From Podarcis vaucheri (Eukaryota): a stretch of DNA of 64,000 nt. How positions within the stretch are numbered: position 1 is the stretch's first letter; every line of letters starts with the position of its first letter. Made by a program: the position numbers and the translations under genes. The stretch lies in assembly GCA_965113315.1 (NCBI GenBank), contig OZ220375.1; one strand, given 5' to 3'. Shown here piece after piece: positions 24,401-35,838 of this stretch. The notes beneath the pieces were generated by a model, which was not told the DNA's origin, ran no database searches, and saw only the letters and a list, made by a program, of their open reading frames with translations.

Positions 24401-26189
24401 ATTCACAGGATTACACCTATCTACCCCAAGTGAAGGATTAGCATCCTCGACCAGCAATACTTTAATCACCCTATTTTTCTATTTAGGCCCTGCCCCGTTC
24501 TGTGTGTTCTGAAAGCTGCCATCCTGGATACAGCCAGAGAGTTCAGGAGGGTAAACAAGTCTGCTGCTATGATTGCACTCCATGCCCAGAAGGGATGATT
24601 TCTAACCAGACAGGTAGGAAAGTCCTGGAGTCCCATAGTTATTTCAGCACTAAGTATGGGGCTGGGTGAAATTTCTTTCTCCACTTCGCAACCCAATTTG
24701 CATGAAGCGAAGGTGTGTGGACAAGTGGGCAAGAGTTAGAGTGATGGAAAGAAAATGCCCAGGCTCTGTAACATTTGGCTGGGATGCCCCTGAGAATGAG
24801 ACTGCATGATGATGTATTGCCATTCCCAGCACTATAAATCTGACTTTAAAAAGAGAAATCTTCATACAAACTACCATAAGTTATAGCCTGAAGAAGGGAA
24901 GAGCATGAATGCCAGCTAATTCCTCCGGGTAAGCAACAAAGTTAAAATTCAGCAAGCCTAGCATCAGTGAAGCTGAAAGCCCCTCCCCACAAAAAGAAAA
25001 CAACTACTGGTAAATATTAAAAACAACTAAATATTAAAAACTTTGTATCAGGGCTACTTAAGGTGGTGTAGTCAAGATATACTTGAACTCCAGGTCCCAT
25101 CATCCCTGACCATTGGTCATGCTGGCTGGGAATGATGGTAACTGTATTCTAACAATATCTAGAATATTGGCTACCCCTGCTCTATATATATTTCTGATGG
25201 GCTTTGCCCACAAAATCCTTGTTCCCTGATTCTGCTTTGATTTCACCTGGTATCTTACATCACTGACAGTTTCTACTCTTTTAAAAGATGCAGATCATTG
25301 TGACAGATGTCTAAATGAGCAACGCTCCAACCAAGAACGGAATCAATGCATTCCAAAAGTAATTCACTTCCTCTCATATGAAGAACCTTTGGGAATGGCT
25401 TCAGCTACCTGTTCCCTCATGTTGTCTTTAGCCACTGCTCTGATACTTCAAATATTCATTAAGCATCAAGACACTCCAATTGTCAAAGCCAACAACCGAG
25501 ATATCACCTACATTCTGCTTGTCTCTCTCCTGTTTTGTTTCCTCTGCCCCTTGCTCTTTATTGGTAGGCCAAGGAAAGTGACCTGCCTTCTCCGACAAAC
25601 AGCATTTGGGCTCATCTTCTCTGCTGCTGTTTCTTCTTTGCTGGCGAAAACCATCACTGTGGTCCTGGCTTTCAAAGCCACACAGCCAGGAAGCAATATG
25701 AGGAAATGGCTGAGGAAAAGAGTAGCCAACTCCATTGTCCTGTTCTGTTTCCTTGGCCAATTTGTAATCTGCACTGTATGGTTAGGAGCAAACCCTCCCT
25801 TCCCGAGCTTAGACATGCACTCTGAAAGTGGACAGATCATAGTTCAGTGTGATGAAGGATCAGTCACTATGTTTTATTGTGTCCTCAGCTACATGGGCCT
25901 TTTAGCCATTATCAGTTTTCTGGTAGCTTTCCTTGCAAGGAACCTGCCAGATAGTTTTAATGAAGCTAAATTTATCACTTTCAGCATGTTGGTGTTTTGC
26001 AGTGTTTGGGTCTGCTTTGTTCCAACTTACCTCAGCGCCAAAGGGAAATACATGGTAGCTGTGGAGATCTTCTCCATCTTAGCCTCTGCTGCAGGTTTAC
26101 TTGGCTGTATCTTTTTTCCAAAATGTTATATTGTCATTTTGAAACCTAGTCTTAACACTAAAGGGCATCTCATAAGGAAATCCGACTAG
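18980..26189 (+). CDS. Vomeronasal type-2 receptor (V2R, class C GPCR) with truncated exon 3. Predicted exons: 18980-19188, 20059-20350, 23095-23271, 23479-23706, 24487-24613, 25288-26189 (644 aa if spliced this way)
   Basis: Signal peptide MLLILLLLL; exon 2 [26 protein letters not shown]; exon-3 tail [16 protein letters not shown]; exon 4 [17 protein letters not shown]; Cys-rich [21 protein letters not shown]; 7TM with [24 protein letters not shown] and [10 protein letters not shown]. All introns are GT-AG with compatible phases. Functional status is uncertain. Confidence 0.85.
21447..21483. repeat. (GA)n microsatellite in V2R intron 2
   Basis: Read directly from the sequence. Confidence 0.9.
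21952..22318 (+). mobile_element. Sauria SINE (Squam1), full length and young
   Basis: tRNA-like head with A box (GTGGCGCTGTGG) and B box (GGTTCGAATCC), an (ACCTTT)n tail, and a 14-bp TSD TTAAATACTACATA (21938-21951 / 22319-22332). CpGs are largely intact. Confidence 0.9.
25050..25180. repeat. Short palindromic squamate interspersed repeat (non-autonomous DNA-transposon-like); similar copies near 10780-10915, 35650-35770, 38650-38780, 39600-39700 and 62190-62330
   Basis: Recurrent core CCCATCATCCCTGACCATTGG..GCTGG..GATGG in several degenerate copies across the window. Confidence 0.5.
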
Positions 26190-27487
26190 TATCATCTTTG
26201 TGGCATCTTCTTCATTTTCTCATCAGAAATCAACCTCTGTTTTGACCCTAAACTCATCTTCCAGAATAAAGCATAAAGCAAAAATGGGGGGGGGGGAGTA
26301 TCATGAAAAAGGCAAGTTCTAGAAATGTATTTATATGTTTTCAGGTTAGGTTTGTGTTAATTTGAAAATATATTATGAAAATAAGGAAGGAAAATACAGT
26401 GAAGTTACTCACTTTCCCTTCCCATGCATACACATCAACATGAATAAGTCAAAACTGATAAACATGGCAACTAAATTGTACATACGTCCATCTATCACCC
26501 ATTTATTCTGGTCTTTACTCTGACCCCAAAAGTCATGAGGTTCATCAACATTTCTCCAGTCTACATGTTATTTCCAGATACCTGATCATGTTTATTTATT
26601 CTATCTCACTGTCACTAAACACTGAAAATGATATGCTGTCATTTCTGATGTGAGGCATGTCAATTGTGAGGGGATAATTGAAATAAATTATTTCCAATGT
26701 ACCAGCACCAAGTTCTTATAACAACAATTTCAAGGAAAGGAAATTATTATGAGATTGGTATCTCATAAATTGGGTCCCATGGGCCAAAGAGGAATCTCTA
26801 TGGGAAGTGAAAACATTAACCAGTCCTACTGAGAAATAACAGGCCATACATTAATAGGAAAACAACATCAATGGTGTTGTTGACCCTGTTGCATTAGAAT
26901 CAGTGTATAAATAGTTACCTCACAATGTTGCTTTAGAAGTCAAGAAGATCACCAAGCAATACTAATGGATGATCTAACTATAGACAACCTGGGTTTCTGC
27001 CATCTTTCTTTAGATTAAGAATAGTTGTATTTTTAATGCTTCACAGTGATACTTGGTGTAATTGTTTTTGGAATAAAACTTATTTCTTGCCTTCCATGCT
27101 AAGTTTTCTATTCTTGAGAGAAATTAAATGCACCTTCAGATATCTGCAGTCCTTATGATGTGTGTGTGCATTCAGATTATCTAGGAGACAGCTGAGGAAG
27201 GGTGTATAGGTGAACCTCCCATGGTTCTTTTAGAAATTAAGGCAGGACGAATTGTCCTGGGTATTTGTTTAAAAAAATCATATTGAGAGGGAGACAATGA
27301 CTAACTTGGGCAAGAAAATCCCTTTGGCGCACTGACAGAAAAGGTAAGATTTATTTATTTTTTTTGGTGGGGGAACATATAGCGATGGGCCATCTTGCCC
27401 ATTGCCCTAAGGACCCTTAATAGATTATCTCAAAACAAATCTGTGCAAAAGCTATGGAGTGTAAATGGCCCACACTGGAATAGAGTA

Positions 27488-27746
27488 CCATATTTTTCAC
27501 TCTATAAGACGCACCAGACCACAAGACGCACCTTGTTTTTGGAGGAGGAAAACAAGAAAAAAAATATTCTGAATCTCAGGAGCCAGAACAGCAAGAGGGA
27601 TCGCTGCGCAGCGAAAGCAGCAATCCCTCTTGCTGTTCTGGCTTCTGGGATAGCTGTGCAGCCTGCATTCCCTCCATAAGACGCTCACACACTTCCTCTT
27701 ACTTTTTAGGAGGGAAAAAGTGAGTCTTATAGAGCAAAAAATACGG
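27488..27746. mobile_element. Tc1/mariner (pogo/Tigger-like) MITE
   Basis: TIRs CCATATTTTTCACTCTATAAGAC / GTCTTATAGAGCAAAAAATACGG with TA on both sides and an internal hairpin at 27581-27643. The paralogous segment at ~32950 shows the empty site. Confidence 0.85.
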
Positions 27747-28429
27747 TACTTGCAAATCTTTCTGCTTCAATAGAAGAATATAAAAAGGTCACATTCTCAG
27801 GGTCTTCAGAACATGGGCATTTAAACACTGCATGTTGTTTCCAGTTGAATTCTGTTTTGAAATGGTCACTTGAAATGTCTTTTTGAAAGTATCTTGGTGT
27901 TTTGCTCAAGTAAAAAACTGATAAGGAGAGGTCTGAATCATAGCACCGTCCCAGGGCACATGTCTTGCATGCAGAAGACCCCAGGTAAAATTACAATGTA
28001 GCAAGAGTTGGAATGGGGAATAAATTTGGTAGAGTGTTAATAACTTTGAGCATCATCAGAAAACAGCTCTCAGTCATTCGTTTTCCTAAAAACAGGTTTC
28101 CCCACTGAGACTGCAATCCTATACACATTTAATTGGGAGTAGGGCCCAGTGAACTTAATGGGACTTATTTCTGCAAAGATGTGCATAGTATTGTGCTGTA
28201 AATCAGCAGCTTTTTCTGTATTCTATGGTGAGCTGCGGTCCTTCTGCATTTTGCTTACTATGCATGAAAGGAGCAGGAGCGCAGCCCATATCAATTAAAA
28301 TCAGTACTAATGGACCTACAATCCAATTGCATATCAAGAAGTACTGACATTCACATCAAACCTAATTAGAATTAAATCAGAGGGGAGACTTGTCTGAGAT
28401 CTTTATGTCTGGGGTATGAAGAATTTATT

Positions 28430-29395
28430 TTTCAGGATGGTTAAAACAAAAAGGGACTGCAAAGAGCTCTAACTTATCCAAACTGAGTAAATACGCAGTA
28501 AGATGGCAAATGCAATTCACCATAAACAAGAGTAAAGTGATATATGCCAGAGAAGGGAGGAATTTTAATTTCACTTATGCATTCATGTGGCCTGAAATGG
28601 CAGTGACTCACCAGGAATGAGACTTTGTAGTGAAATTGAATAACTTAATGAAGTTGACAACCCAGTGTGTGGAAGATATAAAAAAGTCAACTTCCATGCT
28701 AGGGACCATTATTTTAAAAATGAAAATAAAACTGCTGTTCTACAAATAAATGGTTTGATTTCATTGGAACAACATGTAAGGTTCAGGTCATCACCTCTAA
28801 ATGAGACAGTATAGTTGGGATAGGTTCTGGAAATGGAAACCAAATAAAATAAGGTGATGGAGCGACTAAACCATGAGAAAAGGTTACAGCATTTGGGAGT
28901 TTTTAATTTAGAGAAAAGGTAAATAAGACCCAACAACATAAAAGTTTATAAAATTATGGATGGTATGGAGAAAGTGGGTAGAGACATTTTTCTCCCTCTA
29001 TTATAAGGCTGTAATTTATGGAAATCCAGTGAAGATGAATGTTGGAAGATTCATGACAGATAAAAGGAAGCACTTCTTCATGCAACACATATTCAAACTA
29101 TGGAACTCGTTCCCATGGGAGGCAGTGATGTCTACCAACTTGGACGGATTTAAAAGAGGATTGGACAACTTCAATGATAATAAGGCTATCAATAGCTACT
29201 AACCATGATGGCTATCTACAAGTAGGAGGCAGTATGCTCCTGGATACCAGTTCCTGGCAAGCTCAGAAAGGTAGAGTGCATTTGTGCTTGGACCCTGCTT
29301 GCAGGTTTCCCACAGGTATCTGTGTGGCCTCTGTGAGAATAGGAAGATGAACTGGTTGGACGACTGACTTGATCCAGCAGGTTCTTCTTATGTTT
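28430..29395 (+). mobile_element. CR1 LINE 3' fragment, decayed
   Basis: Degenerate C-terminal ORF2 motifs (WQMQF..K.KV; KRKHFF..FKLWNSFP..LDGFKRGLD) followed by a CR1-type 3' UTR. Confidence 0.8.
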
Positions 29396-29663
29396 TCATC
29401 CTATGTTCACACGCTTTGTGTGAATGTTGCCCAAGGTGAAGGGCAGCCCTTGGCCTGAAATGTATTTGCTACCCCTGCCCTAGGGTATGACACATAGATG
29501 AAAAATAACTTATTGTTACATTACAAATGTAATCCACAGCTGTCCTGTGAGTGTAAACACCATAACATGTATTATTAATATCTGTCTGAAGCTAGGTTTT
29601 TGCTACTTGTTATTAAGACTATATTATATTGATTTTATTTTGAAGGTCATTAACAGATACAGT

Positions 29664-30600
29664 ATGATCTCAGAAAACCAAACTTCTGTGAATGAATTCA
29701 TCCTCCTTGGTTTCTCTAATCCTCAAAGGCTTCAGACTTTTCTCCTGGCACTCTTCCTATTGGCTTACATCTTGGCCATATGTGGGAACATCACAATTAT
29801 CACCATTGTTCAGTTACATCGGAAGCTCCAAACTCCCATGTATTTATTCCTAAGCCATTTGTCTTTGATAGAAATTGGACACATGACAAACACTATCCCC
29901 AAAATGTTGTTCGACTTCTTAAAAGACAGGAAAGTGATCAGCATGGTTGGTTGCTTCACACAGCTTTACTTCAACCTCTTCCTGGGCCTGACAGAGAACT
30001 TCCTGCTGGTGCTTATGGCTTATGACCGCTTCTTAGCCATCTGTAACCCTATGAGCTATACCACAGTGATGAACAATAGTCTGTAAATCGCTGATTCTTG
30101 GGTGTTGGGTGGGAGCTTTCCTTGCTCCCTTGCCCCCAACCATTTTTCTCGCTATGCTGGATTTCTGTGGGCCCAATATAATCAACCATTTCTTCTGTGA
30201 TCTTGCCCCAGTGCTGACTCTTCCTTGTAGGGGGAAATCATTCATTGAATTTTTCTTTTTCATGTCCATTTCTTCAATGGTTTTGGGTTGCTTTTGCTTG
30301 ATTACAGTGTCTTATATCAACATCATTGTGGCTATACTGAGGATGCCATCCAGTGGGGGAAGGCGTAAAGCCTTCTCCACTTGCACTGCCCATCTTAGTG
30401 TAGTATTAATATATTATGGCTCAGTCATCTATATGTATGTGAGGCCTTCAGCAAGGGATATCCATAATACAGACAAAGTAGTATCTGTCTTCTATTGTGT
30501 GGTGACACCATTTCTGAACCCTTTCATCTACACCTTGAGGAATACTCAGGTCCATGAAGCATTCAAAAGCATAATAGTAAAGAGGAGAGTATTCTATTAA
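29664..30600 (+). pseudogene. Olfactory receptor with a single 2-bp frameshift (paralog of 34474-35406)
   Basis: AACAATAGTCTGT at ~30078 versus AACAATAGAGTCTGT in the paralog. Restoring AG gives an open 312-aa OR. Confidence 0.88.
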
Positions 30601-30758
30601 GGTATGCTCAATTTTTTAAAACTTCTTTATTTAATGCCAGAAATACAAATTCTAATACAGATATTATGTTACAGATGGATAGCCGTGTTGGTCTGCCATA
30701 GTCAAAATAAAAAAATTCCTTCCTGTAGCACCTTAAAGACCAACTAAGTTAGTTCTTG

Positions 30759-30796
30759 GTATAAGCTTTCGTGTGCATGCACACTTCTTCAGATAC
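30759..30796 (-). ncRNA. Second copy of the minimal hammerhead motif (inverted arm)
   Basis: Exact reverse complement of 31277-31314. Confidence 0.7.
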
Positions 30797-31276
30797 ACTG
30801 AAACAGAAGTTGCCAGATCCTTCTATATATTGAGAAGGTGGGGAGGGGTATTACTCAGAAGGGTGGTGGGAATCGGAGATTGGCAGATAGCTGAGATGAG
30901 CCAGAAACCAGTAGGAGAACACTTCAATCTCCCAGGACATTCTATACAAGATCTCAAAGTAGCTGTTTTACTACAAAGGAATTTCAGAAATAGACTGGAA
31001 AGAGAAGCTGCTGAATTACAACTCATTACCAAACTTAAAACAATGGAGAGACCTGGTCTGAACAGAGACATTGGATTCTTATCTCATTATACATGACTAA
31101 GCCATTTCTCACCTTCTCACCCCTTGCCTTTTCCTGTAAGACCTATTACAGTCGATAAGAGTCGTCAACAGGCTCATCTCAGCTATCTGCCAATCTCCGA
31201 TTCCCACCACCCTTCTGAGTAATACCCCTCCCCACCTTCTCAATATATAGAAGGATCTGGCAACTTCTGTTTCAGT

Positions 31277-31314
31277 GTATCTGAAGAAGTGTGCATGCAC
31301 ACGAAAGCTTATAC
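31277..31314 (+). ncRNA. Minimal type I hammerhead ribozyme motif (Penelope pLTR)
   Basis: GTAT-CTGAAGA-A-GTGTG CATG CACAC-GAAA-GC-TT-ATAC: core CUGANGA/GAAA, 5-bp stem II, palindromic AGCU stem III, stem I GUAU/AUAC. Confidence 0.7.
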
Positions 31315-31770
31315 CAAGAACTAACTTAGTTGGTCTTTAAGGTGCTACAGGAAGGATTTTTTTTTATTTTGACAGATATTATGTGTGACTGAAATGCCAT
31401 CATTTCTTATTGCAACAAACTAAATACTTGAATATCATATAGATATATATATGATATAGATTGGTGAAAAATTATGTTGTTTGTTTGAATATATTTTATT
31501 ATTTTACAAGAATGAATAAAACATAACCATTTTATTCCATCCCGAGAATCCTTCTTTTGTTTTAACGAAGTGTGCTAATTCCACCAAAAGAACATGAGAC
31601 ATTTCTAAATTCCAGAAATAATGAATCACAATAAAATAATACTTCATTTATGTAAGCTAAAATAAATCAGCATTATATTGATATTATAGCTACATCAACC
31701 AGGCAAAGTACACAACTTAGTGAAATCCAAAATGCAATGGGGAAAATTGCATTCTATGTAAAAAGAGTGT

Positions 31771-32070
31771 TGTAGTTGTTGTTTAGTCGTTTAGTTATAT
31801 CCAACTCTTTGTGACCCCATGGACCACAGCATGTCAGGCACTCCTGTCTTCCACTGCCTCCTGCAGTTTGTTCAAACTCATGTTCATAGCCTCGAGAACA
31901 CTGTCCAACCATCTCATCCTCTGTCGTCCCCTTCTCCTTGTGCCCTCAATCTTTCCCAACAACAGGGTCTTTTCAAGGGAGTCTTCTCTTCTCATGAAGT
32001 GGCAAAAGTATTGGCACCTCAGCTTCAGGATCTGTCCTTCCGGTGAGCACTCAGGGCTGATTTCCTTCAG
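31771..32070 (-). mobile_element. Bov-B (RTE) LINE 3' fragment
   Basis: Typical Bov-B 3' end (TCCAACCATCTCATCCTCTGTCGTCCCCTTCTCCT..CAATCTTTCCCA) with a (CAA)n-like tail; TSD AAAGAGTGT at 31762-31770 / 32071-32079. Confidence 0.88.
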
Positions 32071-34473
32071 AAAGAGTGTATAAGGTTCAGAAAAATGAGT
32101 ACAATTTTAATACATACTTTTTGTACATTCTTTCAAAAATACCCAAGCAAATGGGTTGGGATAGAACTATGATTGGGCACTGAAATTGGACAGAATTAGG
32201 GTTCTGGGTATTTCCTTAATAACAAGAATAACAAGCCAAGAGAGACAAAGAAAAATCCATTATGTGAATCACAATGGGTGGATGTTTCATAAATTGGCTC
32301 CCATGAGCCAATTGTGGCTCTGCATGGAAATATAGAGATATATTTTTTAAAAAAAATACTACTGGGAGAAAGCACAACATGCATTCCAGTAGGAAAACAC
32401 CATCTACAAAGTAAGGACATCATAAAACAATCACCTTATTCATTTTTTAAGAGTGCTTTAAGTAGATTGCCAAACAATGCTGATGGACTTTAGACTATTT
32501 ATACTCCTTCCACCTTTCTTCAAGTGGGAAATAGTTGTTTTCATTTTATACTTAACAATATTTAGCAATTTATTGAGTTCAGCTTCTATTTTTCTTTTTA
32601 TGCAGTATTTTCTGAAAGGAATTAAATGCACCGTCAGATATCTGCCATAGTTACAAGGTTTGTGTGTGCTCAGATCATTCATCTGGTATCTGAGAAACAT
32701 GTAAAGATGATCCTCCTGTAGTTTTGGTTTTAGGGGGATCCAGTAGATAGGATTGATTTCAACATCTTTTAAGTATTATTTTAGTTCAAAGTGAGAAGAA
32801 AATAAGGGTCAGATTGGGCAAGAAAATTAGGTAAGAGTTGAAAATATGTAGCAAGAGGCCACTTTCTATAATTTCTCATAATATCAAGGACCTTAAAAGG
32901 ATATGAGCAATGATATGTATGGTCTGTGAATGGTCGGGACCAGTAGAGGGTACTTGCAGATCTTTCTGTTTGAGTGGAGAACTATAGGAAAGTTACACTT
33001 TTGGGGTCATCAGCACCATGACTAAGCAATGCTTGATGTCTCTAGTTGATTGCTCCAAAATTGATTTTAAGCTTTTTGAGCTGTTTCTGCTGCTTTTTCC
33101 ATTGTGTTGCCATACATTACCTCTGAAGACCAGGACATGTCAGGAATTTTCCTGATGTATGGCAAGCCTACATGAAAGTCTTTTGATGTTCTGCTCAAAT
33201 AGGCAAAGGCAAAGATAGGCAAGGACCATTCTAGAGTGGTAGAGTATATGCTTTGGATGCAGAGATCCTTGGGTTCAATGTGGCTCATCTAGTCTAGCAT
33301 CCTGTTCTCACAGTGGAAGAAGACCTGAGCACAACAACTCTCTCCCGTCCTATGGTTTTCAGCAACTGGTATTGAGAAGCGTACTGCCTCTGACATAAAA
33401 GTTTCATGTTCCCAAACCCTTTATGTTGAAAATAGGTTCCAGAGTTGAATGTTGGTCATTACTCAAAGAATCTCCAAGGTTATGGCCATAATCAAAAGGC
33501 ATGGAATAATGCACCATTAGTTATTCTATTTCTCAGCAGACTGTGGCTTCTGGCTTAGGTGATAGAGAGAGGGCAATGTTAACAGACAGCAAATTGTCAG
33601 TTACTTAATTATGCATTTCATTACCTTCATTATTATATTATTTTCACTATTTCAGATTTCAGGCTCAGGCACCAAAATGTGTTAGTCTGGACAGTGGAGA
33701 TTTCAAGGGGACTGCTTGTAGATGTGTAGATGAAGTAATCCACCCTACTGTTTGTAGGGTGGATTACTTCACAGAGGGCTAACTGAAACAAAACAATCAT
33801 ACTACCTAGTGTTGTAATGTAAAACTTGGGTCACCCATACTTGCACCTGCCAAGGAGCTGCTTTTTATTTATATAATTCCACAGCCCTATAAGCTCTTAC
33901 AGTCACCATCATGCTGTGAGGTCACTGATTCAGCAATGTAACCCCACATAACCTGCCCTGCTCCATATATATAGCTGCATTATCCTCAAGTAGCTTTGAA
34001 CCATTTGTGATTGTACCATCCAGCTATGGGGTAACTCTATGTTGAAATGCAAGTTTATAAAGTGTGATTGTTGGATATGAACCATATTATTTTAGTGTAT
34101 CTCACTTACTTGTTTTTGCAGGTTGATGTGCAGCAATTAGCAAATCAAACTCTTCACAGCTTGGATACAATACCCTTTAGCATCTAATAACAATCAAACT
34201 GCTGAATCAAACTGCTGTTAAAAGTTTGGGTGCTGGATTTTTTGGTTGGGGGGCGGTTATCAGGACGGTATCAGTTTTAAGTGATGTTTTTCTTCCATCA
34301 CAGATTGAGACAGACCTAGCAAAAAAGGGGTGGAAACCCTGGGTGAACTCTCTTGGAAGTATTAACACTGCTAAGAGGAATAATTGTGAGTGCTTAAGTG
34401 ATCAAACCTATCTCTTATATACACCTAATTTTTTCTTTCTTTTTTTCTTTTTAATGTCTTAACAGATAGAGGT

Positions 34474-35406
34474 ATGATTTTAGAAAACCAAACTTCTGTG
34501 AATGAATTCATCCTGCTTGGTTTCTCTAATCCTCAAAGGCTCCAGAAATTTCTCCTGTCACTCTTCCTTTTGGCATACGTTTTAACCATAAGTGGGAATG
34601 TCACAATTATGACCATAGTCCAGCTTCATCAGCAACTCCAAACTCCCATGTATTTATTCCTAAGTCATTTGTCTTTGATAGAAATTGGACACATGACAAA
34701 CACTATCCCCAAAATGTTGTTCGACTTCTTAAAAGACAGGAAAGTGATCAGCATGGTTGGTTGCTTCACACAGCTTTACTTCAACCTCTTCCTGGGCCTG
34801 ACAGAGAATTTCCTGCTGGTGCTTATGGCTTATGACCGCTTCTTAGCCATCTGTAACCCTATGAACTATACCACAGTGATGAACAATAGAGTCTGTAAAT
34901 CACTGATTCTTGGGTGTTGGGTGGGAGCTTTCCTTGCTCCCTTGCCCCCAACCATTGTTCTTGCCAGGCTGAATTTCTGTGGGCCCAATATAATCAACCA
35001 TTTCTTCTGTGATCTTGCCCCAGTGCTGACTCTTCCTTGTGGGAAAAAGTCATTCATTGAATTTTTCTTCTTTGTGTTCACTTCTTCAATGGTTTTGGGT
35101 TGCTTTTTCTTAATAATAGTATCTTATGTCAACATCATTGTGGCTATATTGAAGATGCCATCCAGTGGAGGAAGGCACAAAGCCTTCTCCACTTGCACTG
35201 CCCATCTTAGTGTAGTATTAATATATTATGGCTCAGTCATCTATATGTATGTGAGGCCTTCAGTGAAGGACATTCGTGATTCGGACAAAGTAGTGTCTGT
35301 CTTTTATTGTGTGGTGACACCATTTCTGAACCCTTTCATCTACAGCCTGAGGAACACCAAGGTCCATGAAGCATTCAAAAGCTTAATAGTAAGGAGGAGA
35401 ATTTGA
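34474..35406 (+). CDS. Olfactory receptor, intact, 310 aa (family 6/11-like)
   Basis: LQTPMYLFLSHLS, MAYDRFLAICNPMNY, KAFSTCTAH and PFLNPFIYSLRN; acceptor TTAACAG just upstream. Confidence 0.96.
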   Translation: MILENQTSVNEFILLGFSNPQRLQKFLLSLFLLAYVLTISGNVTIMTIVQLHQQLQTPMYLFLSHLSLIEIGHMTNTIPKMLFDFLKDRKVISMVGCFTQLYFNLFLGLTENFLLVLMAYDRFLAICNPMNYTTVMNNRVCKSLILGCWVGAFLAPLPPTIVLARLNFCGPNIINHFFCDLAPVLTLPCGKKSFIEFFFFVFTSSMVLGCFFLIIVSYVNIIVAILKMPSSGGRHKAFSTCTAHLSVVLIYYGSVIYMYVRPSVKDIRDSDKVVSVFYCVVTPFLNPFIYSLRNTKVHEAFKSLIVRRRI

Positions 35407-35794
35407 TATTAGACTCCAAACTCAAGGTACAATGGAAAAAATACAGACTTTACTCTTTCTATGCCTACCTCCCTAAATGGTATCCTGTGTTCAGCCATAA
35501 ACCCAAAAATTCAGTTTTATTTTGGGCCAAAACCCAAAGCTTGCCATCCATTCACTTTCTACATATCCTTTACCAAATAGTGTTACCCTACATGTTGCTT
35601 ACCAATGTTCCTAACTGCAGAAAAGAAAGTAACTTGCGGAATGTTGAAAAACATGTTGCCTTCCAGATGCTGCAGGACTAGCACATCTGTCATCCTTGAC
35701 CATTAGTTATGCTGGTTGGGGCTAATGTAGGCTAGTGTTCAACAATATTTGGACAACCACAGGTTCCCTGTCTCTGAACCAAGTCACAACTAAA

Positions 35795-35837
<43 letters not shown>
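35795..35837. repeat. (GTT)n microsatellite
   Basis: Read directly from the sequence. Confidence 0.95.

Positions 35838-35838
<1 letters not shown>

Larger units (their letters stand above)
30670..31371 (+). mobile_element. Penelope-like retroelement, 5'-truncated, with inverted pLTR
   Basis: C-terminus of the GIY-YIG endonuclease ORF (PVGEHFNLPGHS..EREAAELQLITKLKT..PGLNRD, 30902-31096); ~200-bp inverted arms at 30701-30902 and 31171-31373; 13-bp TSD ACAGATATTATGT (30657-30669 / 31372-31384). Confidence 0.88.

Noticed and set aside
30773-31300. Two ORFs with identical N-termini (MHAHFFRYTETE..) on opposite strands
   Set aside because: Artefact of the Penelope inverted repeat.
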